Assembly: GCA_051061385.1 (NCBI GenBank)
Contig: JBPFDX010000094.1
Span: 7,252-71,251 of the forward strand
DNA length: 64,000 nt
From: Methylocystis sp.
GTDB taxonomy: Bacteria > Pseudomonadota > Alphaproteobacteria > Rhizobiales > Beijerinckiaceae
Direction: 5' to 3'
Shown: positions 59,360 through 64,000 of the stretch, piece by piece
Layout: each line of letters opens with the position of its first letter
Numbering within the stretch: position 1 is the stretch's first letter
Program-made: the position numbers and the translations under genes
Notes under the pieces: model-generated
Told to the model about the DNA's origin: nothing
The model's database searches: none
The model's input: the letters and a program-made list of their open reading frames with translations, nothing else

Positions 59360-59383
59360 GAGGCGCAGGCTCCGGGGCTAAAA

Positions 59384-60769
59384 ATGACGAGCAAGATATG
59401 GGGCGGACGCTTCCAAAGCGCAACCGATGCGGTTCTGGAGGCGATCAACGTCTCAATCGACTTCGACAAGCGCCTCGGACTGCAGGACGTCCGCGGCTCG
59501 CTGGCGCATGTCGCGATGCTGGGCGAAACGGGAATCGTTTCGCGCGACGACGCGGCGAAGATCGCCGATGGACTGGAGCGGGTCAAAGCGGAAATCGAGA
59601 GCGAGCGCTTCGAATTTTCCCGCGCGCTCGAAGACATTCACATGAACGTCGAGTCGCGCCTTGCCGAACTCATCGGTCCGGCTGCCGGCCGTTTGCACAC
59701 CGCGCGCTCCCGTAACGACCAGGTCGCCACGGATTTCCGCCTTTACATCCGCGATCAGATTGACACGCTCGACCTCGAGCTCGCCGATCTGCAGCTGGCG
59801 CTTGCGACGCGCGCGCTGGAGGAGGCGGCGAGCGTTATGCCGGGCTTCACGCATCTGCAGTCGGCGCAGCCGGTGACGCTCGGCCATCATCTCCTCGCCT
59901 ATGTCGAAATGATCGCGCGCGACCGCGGGCGGCTGCACGACGCGCGCGCGCGCCTTAACGAATGTCCGCTCGGCGCCGCGGCGCTCGCCGGAACGAGCTT
60001 TCCGATCGATCGGGCGAAGACGGCGCAAGCGCTCGGCTTCGATAGACCGACCGCGAATTCGCTCGACAGCGTCTCGGATCGCGACTTCGTCCTGGAGACG
60101 CTGAGCGCGGCGGCGATCTGCGCCACGCATCTGTCGCGCTTCGCCGAAGAGATCGTGCTTTGGACCACGCCGCAATTCGGCTTCATCGCGCTCTCCGACA
60201 AATTCACCACCGGCTCGTCGATCATGCCGCAGAAGCGCAATCCCGACGCCGCCGAACTCGCGCGCGGCAAATCCGGCCGCGTCATCGGCGCGCTCGTCGC
60301 GCTGCTCGTCGTCATGAAGGGACTGCCGCTCGCCTATTCGAAGGACATGCAGGAAGACAAGGAAGGCGCCTTCGACGCGCTCGACACGCTGTCGATCTGC
60401 ATCGCCGCCGTCGCCGGCATGGTGCGCGACATGCGCGTCGATCGCGCGCGGATGAGGGCCGCCGCCGGCGCCGGCTACGCCACCGCGACCGATCTCGCCG
60501 ACTGGCTTGTGCGCGCGCTGTCGCTGCCGTTCCGCGAGGCGCACCATGTCACAGGGCGCATCGTCGCGCTCGCCGAAGCGCGCGGCGCAGGCCTCGAGGA
60601 TCTGTCGCTCGAAGAGATGCAGAGCGTCGAGCCGCGCATCAGCGCCGAGGTGTTCGAAGTGCTGGGGGTGGAGAATTCTGTGCAGAGCCGCAGGAGCTAC
60701 GGCGGCACGGCGCCGGACAATGTGCGCGCGGCCGCGCAAGCCTGGCTCGACAGGTTGAAGGACAAATGA
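59384..60769 (+). CDS. argH: Argininosuccinate lyase
   Basis: [33 protein letters not shown]. Confidence 0.98.
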   Translation: MTSKIWGGRFQSATDAVLEAINVSIDFDKRLGLQDVRGSLAHVAMLGETGIVSRDDAAKIADGLERVKAEIESERFEFSRALEDIHMNVESRLAELIGPAAGRLHTARSRNDQVATDFRLYIRDQIDTLDLELADLQLALATRALEEAASVMPGFTHLQSAQPVTLGHHLLAYVEMIARDRGRLHDARARLNECPLGAAALAGTSFPIDRAKTAQALGFDRPTANSLDSVSDRDFVLETLSAAAICATHLSRFAEEIVLWTTPQFGFIALSDKFTTGSSIMPQKRNPDAAELARGKSGRVIGALVALLVVMKGLPLAYSKDMQEDKEGAFDALDTLSICIAAVAGMVRDMRVDRARMRAAAGAGYATATDLADWLVRALSLPFREAHHVTGRIVALAEARGAGLEDLSLEEMQSVEPRISAEVFEVLGVENSVQSRRSYGGTAPDNVRAAAQAWLDRLKDK

Positions 60770-61377
60770 ACGACATTTCTGCGCGACTCTACCTCGCGAC
60801 CCCGCTGCTTGCCGATGCGGCGGCCTTTGCGCCTGCGCTCGACGAGGCGCTCGGGGCCGGCGACGTCGCGAGCCTGCTCATTCGTTTCGCGGATGGCGAC
60901 GAACGCGGCCAGGAAGCGATCGTGCGCGCACTGGCGCCCGCCGCGCAAGAAAAAGGCGTCGCGGTGCTCGTCGCGGCGGCGCCCAATGTCGCGCTTCGGG
61001 CCGGGGCCGACGGGGCGCATGTCGCCGGCTCCGGCGAAGCGCTCGCCGACGCCATCAAGAAATTGTCGCCGCGCTATATCGTCGGCGCCGGCGATCTCGA
61101 CACGCGTGACGACGCCATGCGCGCTGGCGAGCTAAGCGCCGACTATGTGATGTTTTCGGATCTTGACCACGAAGCGCTCGTTGAGCGCGTCGCCTGGTGG
61201 GCGGAGCTTTTCAACACGCCCTGCGTCGCCCGCGCCGCGACGCTCGACGATGTGGCGACGCTCGCCGAAGCGGGCGCCGACTTCGTTCTGCTCGACGATG
61301 CGGTCTGGAGCGACGCGCGCGGACCTGCGGCCGCCGTGGCGGATGCGCAGAAGCGGCTTAAGGGAGGGCAGGAATGA
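60766..61377 (+). CDS. ThiE/TenI-like TIM-barrel paralogue
   Basis: [30 protein letters not shown]; lacks the canonical ND and HLGQ motifs. Confidence 0.75.
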   Translation: MNDISARLYLATPLLADAAAFAPALDEALGAGDVASLLIRFADGDERGQEAIVRALAPAAQEKGVAVLVAAAPNVALRAGADGAHVAGSGEALADAIKKLSPRYIVGAGDLDTRDDAMRAGELSADYVMFSDLDHEALVERVAWWAELFNTPCVARAATLDDVATLAEAGADFVLLDDAVWSDARGPAAAVADAQKRLKGGQE

Positions 61378-62402
61378 TCGGCGGGCGATCGAGTGAAAGG
61401 CTTCCTCATCCTGAGGAGACCACGGAGGGGTCGTCTCGAAGGACGAGGAAGCCGCTCATTATTTTTGCTCAATTCGCCCTCGTCCTTCGAGGCTCGCTTC
61501 GCTCGCGCCTCAGGATGAGGGCGAAGACTGAACGCTTCCTCGCGACGCTCGCCATCATCGCCATTCTGGCGCCTGCCGCGCTCGCCGCCAATGCGCCGGC
61601 GCCCGATCTCGCCTTTGGCGCCTATCAGCGCGGCGACTATTCCGCCGCGATGAAGGAGGCGAGGAAGCGCATCGCCGCCAATCCCAAGGACGCGGCGGCG
61701 CTGACCCTGGTCGGCCAGCTTTATCTCGAAGGCGCCGGCGTGGGGCGCGATCTCTCCGCCGCGATGGAGTGGTTCAAGAAAGGCGCGGACGCCGGCGACA
61801 CGGAAGCGGCCTATCTCTACGGCGCCGCGGCGCTCAACGGCGCCGGCGCGCCGAAGAACCGCGTAACCGCCCGCGCCTATCTCGAAAAGGCGGCGGCGCA
61901 GGATCATCCCGCCGCTCTTCATCTCCTCGGCGAGCTTGCGCTAGAAAACGAGGGCGCGCCATCGGACTTCGGCAAAGCGGCGGACTATTTCCGCCGCGCG
62001 GGGGCGAAGGGCGACGCGGACTCGCTCTACGCGCTGGGCGTGCTCTTCAAGACTGGTCGAGGCGTTCCCAAGGACGAGCGCGAAGCCGCGGAGTGGTTCA
62101 AGCGCGCCGCCGAACTCGACTTCGCGCCGGCGATGGTCGAATACGCGGTTCTCCAGTTCAATGGCGTGGGGGTGACGCGCGATCCCGCCGCCGCCGTGCA
62201 ATGGTTTCGAAAGGCGGCGGCGAAGGGCAACGCCGTGGCGCAGAACCGTCTTGCGCATATTCTCGCCCAAGGGCTCGGTGTCGACGCCAATCCCACCGAG
62301 GCGCGGGAGTGGCGCGACAAGTCGCGGGAAGCGGGGCTGAACGATCCCTCGCTCGACTATCTCGGCGCATCCGAGTCGCCGAAGCCAGCCGCGGGCAAAT
62401 GA
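61374..62402 (+). CDS. Sel1-repeat secreted protein (start 61374 or 61515)
   Basis: Multiple Sel1 repeats (GQLYLEGAGV, LGVLFKTGRGV); signal peptide after M at 61515. Confidence 0.88.
   Translation: MIGGRSSERLPHPEETTEGSSRRTRKPLIIFAQFALVLRGSLRSRLRMRAKTERFLATLAIIAILAPAALAANAPAPDLAFGAYQRGDYSAAMKEARKRIAANPKDAAALTLVGQLYLEGAGVGRDLSAAMEWFKKGADAGDTEAAYLYGAAALNGAGAPKNRVTARAYLEKAAAQDHPAALHLLGELALENEGAPSDFGKAADYFRRAGAKGDADSLYALGVLFKTGRGVPKDEREAAEWFKRAAELDFAPAMVEYAVLQFNGVGVTRDPAAAVQWFRKAAAKGNAVAQNRLAHILAQGLGVDANPTEAREWRDKSREAGLNDPSLDYLGASESPKPAAGK
61404..61520. repeat. REP-like palindromic element (CCTCATCCTGAGG...TCGAAGGACGAGG / CCTCGTCCTTCGA...CCTCAGGATGAGG)
   Basis: Two pairs of 13-bp inverted repeats arranged as one long hairpin. 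Confidence 0.85.
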
Positions 62403-63298
62403 CCGGCGGCGCGAGCGCCGCGACGCGGCGGACAGCCGCATTCCTTCGCCGCTTCGTCAAGCCGCGAGTCCTGTCGCTGACGGCGCCGCTGCGCCGCCTC
62501 CAGTCGCTCGTCGAAGCGATCTCTCCCGAACGCCGCGCGCCTTTCGCGCCGCAGATTTCCGGCGACTGGCTGCCTTGCGCGGGGGCCTCAGCCGTCGCGA
62601 CTTTGTTCTATCTTCACGGCGGCGCCTTTCTCATCGGTTCGCCGCGGCTCTTTCGCTACGCCGCGCGAGAGTTCGCCCGCGCGGGATTCGACGTGTTCAC
62701 GCCGGCCTATCGGCTCGCGCCCGAACATGTCTTTCCCGCCGCGCTGGAGGACGTCCTGCGCGCCTATCGGAGCCTCATAGAGGCGCGGCCGGGGTCCGTC
62801 GTCATCGTCGGCGATTCCGCTGGCGGCGGCCTTGCGGTGTCGCTGATGCTGCGCATACGCGACGAAGGCTTGCGGCCGCCGGTCGCCGCGGCGCTGTCCT
62901 CGCCATGGGTCGATCTCGCCGCGACCGGCGCCTCGGCGCGCGAGAACGAAGAGCGCGACCCCCTATTTACGCGCAAGGACATTCTGCTCGGCGCCCGCGC
63001 GGCGCTCGGCCGGCAGAGCGCCAGAAATCCGCTCGCGTCGCCGATCTACGCGGACCTTTCCGGCCTGCCGCCGATGCTCGTTCACGTCGGCGCGGACGAG
63101 GCGCTGAGGGACGATTCGACGCGGCTCGTGGCGCGTGCGCGAGCGGCGGGGGTCGACGCGCGGCTCGAGACCTGGCCCTGCGTCCCTCACGCGTGGCAGC
63201 TGATGAGTTTTCTTCCCGAGGCGCGCCAGTCGCGAATGAAGGCGATCGAATTCCTGAAGGCGCGCGTCGCTCAGGCGGCTTCCAGCGCCGCCGGATGA
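62399..63298 (+). CDS. HSL-family alpha/beta esterase
   Basis: HGGAF, YRLAPEH, GDSAGG, SPWVD, D and HAW catalytic residues. Confidence 0.9.
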   Translation: MTGGASAATRRTAAFLRRFVKPRVLSLTAPLRRLQSLVEAISPERRAPFAPQISGDWLPCAGASAVATLFYLHGGAFLIGSPRLFRYAAREFARAGFDVFTPAYRLAPEHVFPAALEDVLRAYRSLIEARPGSVVIVGDSAGGGLAVSLMLRIRDEGLRPPVAAALSSPWVDLAATGASARENEERDPLFTRKDILLGARAALGRQSARNPLASPIYADLSGLPPMLVHVGADEALRDDSTRLVARARAAGVDARLETWPCVPHAWQLMSFLPEARQSRMKAIEFLKARVAQAASSAAG

Positions 63299-64000
63299 TC
63301 AGCGTCTTGCGCCCCACGGACCACGCGGCGGCCAGAGCGGCGTGCGTCCGTTCTTCGGCAGGAAGGACGCGTCAGCCGCGCGGGGGGCGTCGATCGCGAC
63401 GGGTTCTTCTCCAGCAAGCGACGCGACGGCAACGTCGCGGCCTCCGGCGAATTTGACGAGAGCCGCGACGCGCGCGTCGACGCTCGGATGGGTCGCGAGC
63501 CAGCCGGACGCGGGGTGGACCGCCGGCGACTCAATGAAGAAATATTGCATGCGCGATGGCATGGTGGGGATCGTCGCGCGCGCTTCGATCTTGCGCAAGG
63601 CGGAGATCATCGCGTCGGGGTTCTTGGTCAATTCGACGCTGCCGGCGTCGGCCAAAAATTCGCGCGAGCGCGACAGCGCGAAGCGGATCAGCACCGAGGC
63701 GCCCCAGCTCAGCGCGATGATGAAGAGCGCGATCAGAATGGCGAGCGCCGCGCCGCCATTGCCTCTCCGGCCGTCGTCCCGCTCAGGACGATGCGGCGAG
63801 AAGCCGAAAGGGAAATCCCAGCGGCGGATCGTCAGATCAGCGACGAAGGCGAAGATGCCGGCGAAGATCACGGCGATCACCAGCAATTGAACGTCGCGGT
63901 TGCGGATGTGAGTCAGTTCATGCGCGAGCACGGCCTCAAGCTCGGCGTCGGTCAGATATCGCGTCAGACCGCGGGTCACCGCGATCTTGTATTGTCCTTC
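63299..64000 (-). CDS. htpX: M48-family Zn metalloprotease HtpX (5' end outside window)
   Basis: VLAHELTH, SRSREFLAD, ALRKI, LATHPS. Confidence 0.9.
   Translation of the reverse strand, partial: EGQYKIAVTRGLTRYLTDAELEAVLAHELTHIRNRDVQLLVIAVIFAGIFAFVADLTIRRWDFPFGFSPHRPERDDGRRGNGGAALAILIALFIIALSWGASVLIRFALSRSREFLADAGSVELTKNPDAMISALRKIEARATIPTMPSRMQYFFIESPAVHPASGWLATHPSVDARVAALVKFAGGRDVAVASLAGEEPVAIDAPRAADASFLPKNGRTPLWPPRGPWGARR

Overview
High-GC chromosomal segment of a Hyphomicrobiales (Rhizobiales) alphaproteobacterium. The gene set and repeat style resemble Methylocystis/Methylosinus, but this is inference: no methanotrophy marker lies in the window. Most of it is core housekeeping: ugd, maeB, mutS, rsmD, rluB, tadA, xth, queED, sahR-metF-metH, cstA, ispG, thiOSGE under a TPP riboswitch, zapA, gap, pgk, argH, htpX. 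No integrase, transposase, tRNA, rRNA or CRISPR array was seen. Four things stand out. (1) A reactive-sulfur/sulfide cluster at about 14.7-31.9 kb: type I SQR directly followed by cydP-A-B-X, an SqrR/BigR-type repressor, a Crp/Fnr regulator, persulfide dioxygenase, TauE, rhodanese, an RND pump, HiPIP, two DUF2892 proteins, an HMA-DsbD_2-cupredoxin-LysM fusion and a cytochrome c'. Two repeated operator motifs can be read from its intergenic DNA, and one of them also marks a clade-D beta-carbonic anhydrase (COS-hydrolase-like). (2) An orphan ~290-355 nt highly structured ncRNA candidate (minus strand, 36.8-37.15 kb) with its own promoter-like and terminator signals. (3) An in-frame ThiE::peptidoglycan-amidase fusion in the thiamine operon. 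(4) Two apparent pseudo-enzymes (dehalogenase-like and UDG-like) and several small ORFs absent from the supplied track. All family assignments come from motif recognition by eye, not from database searches.
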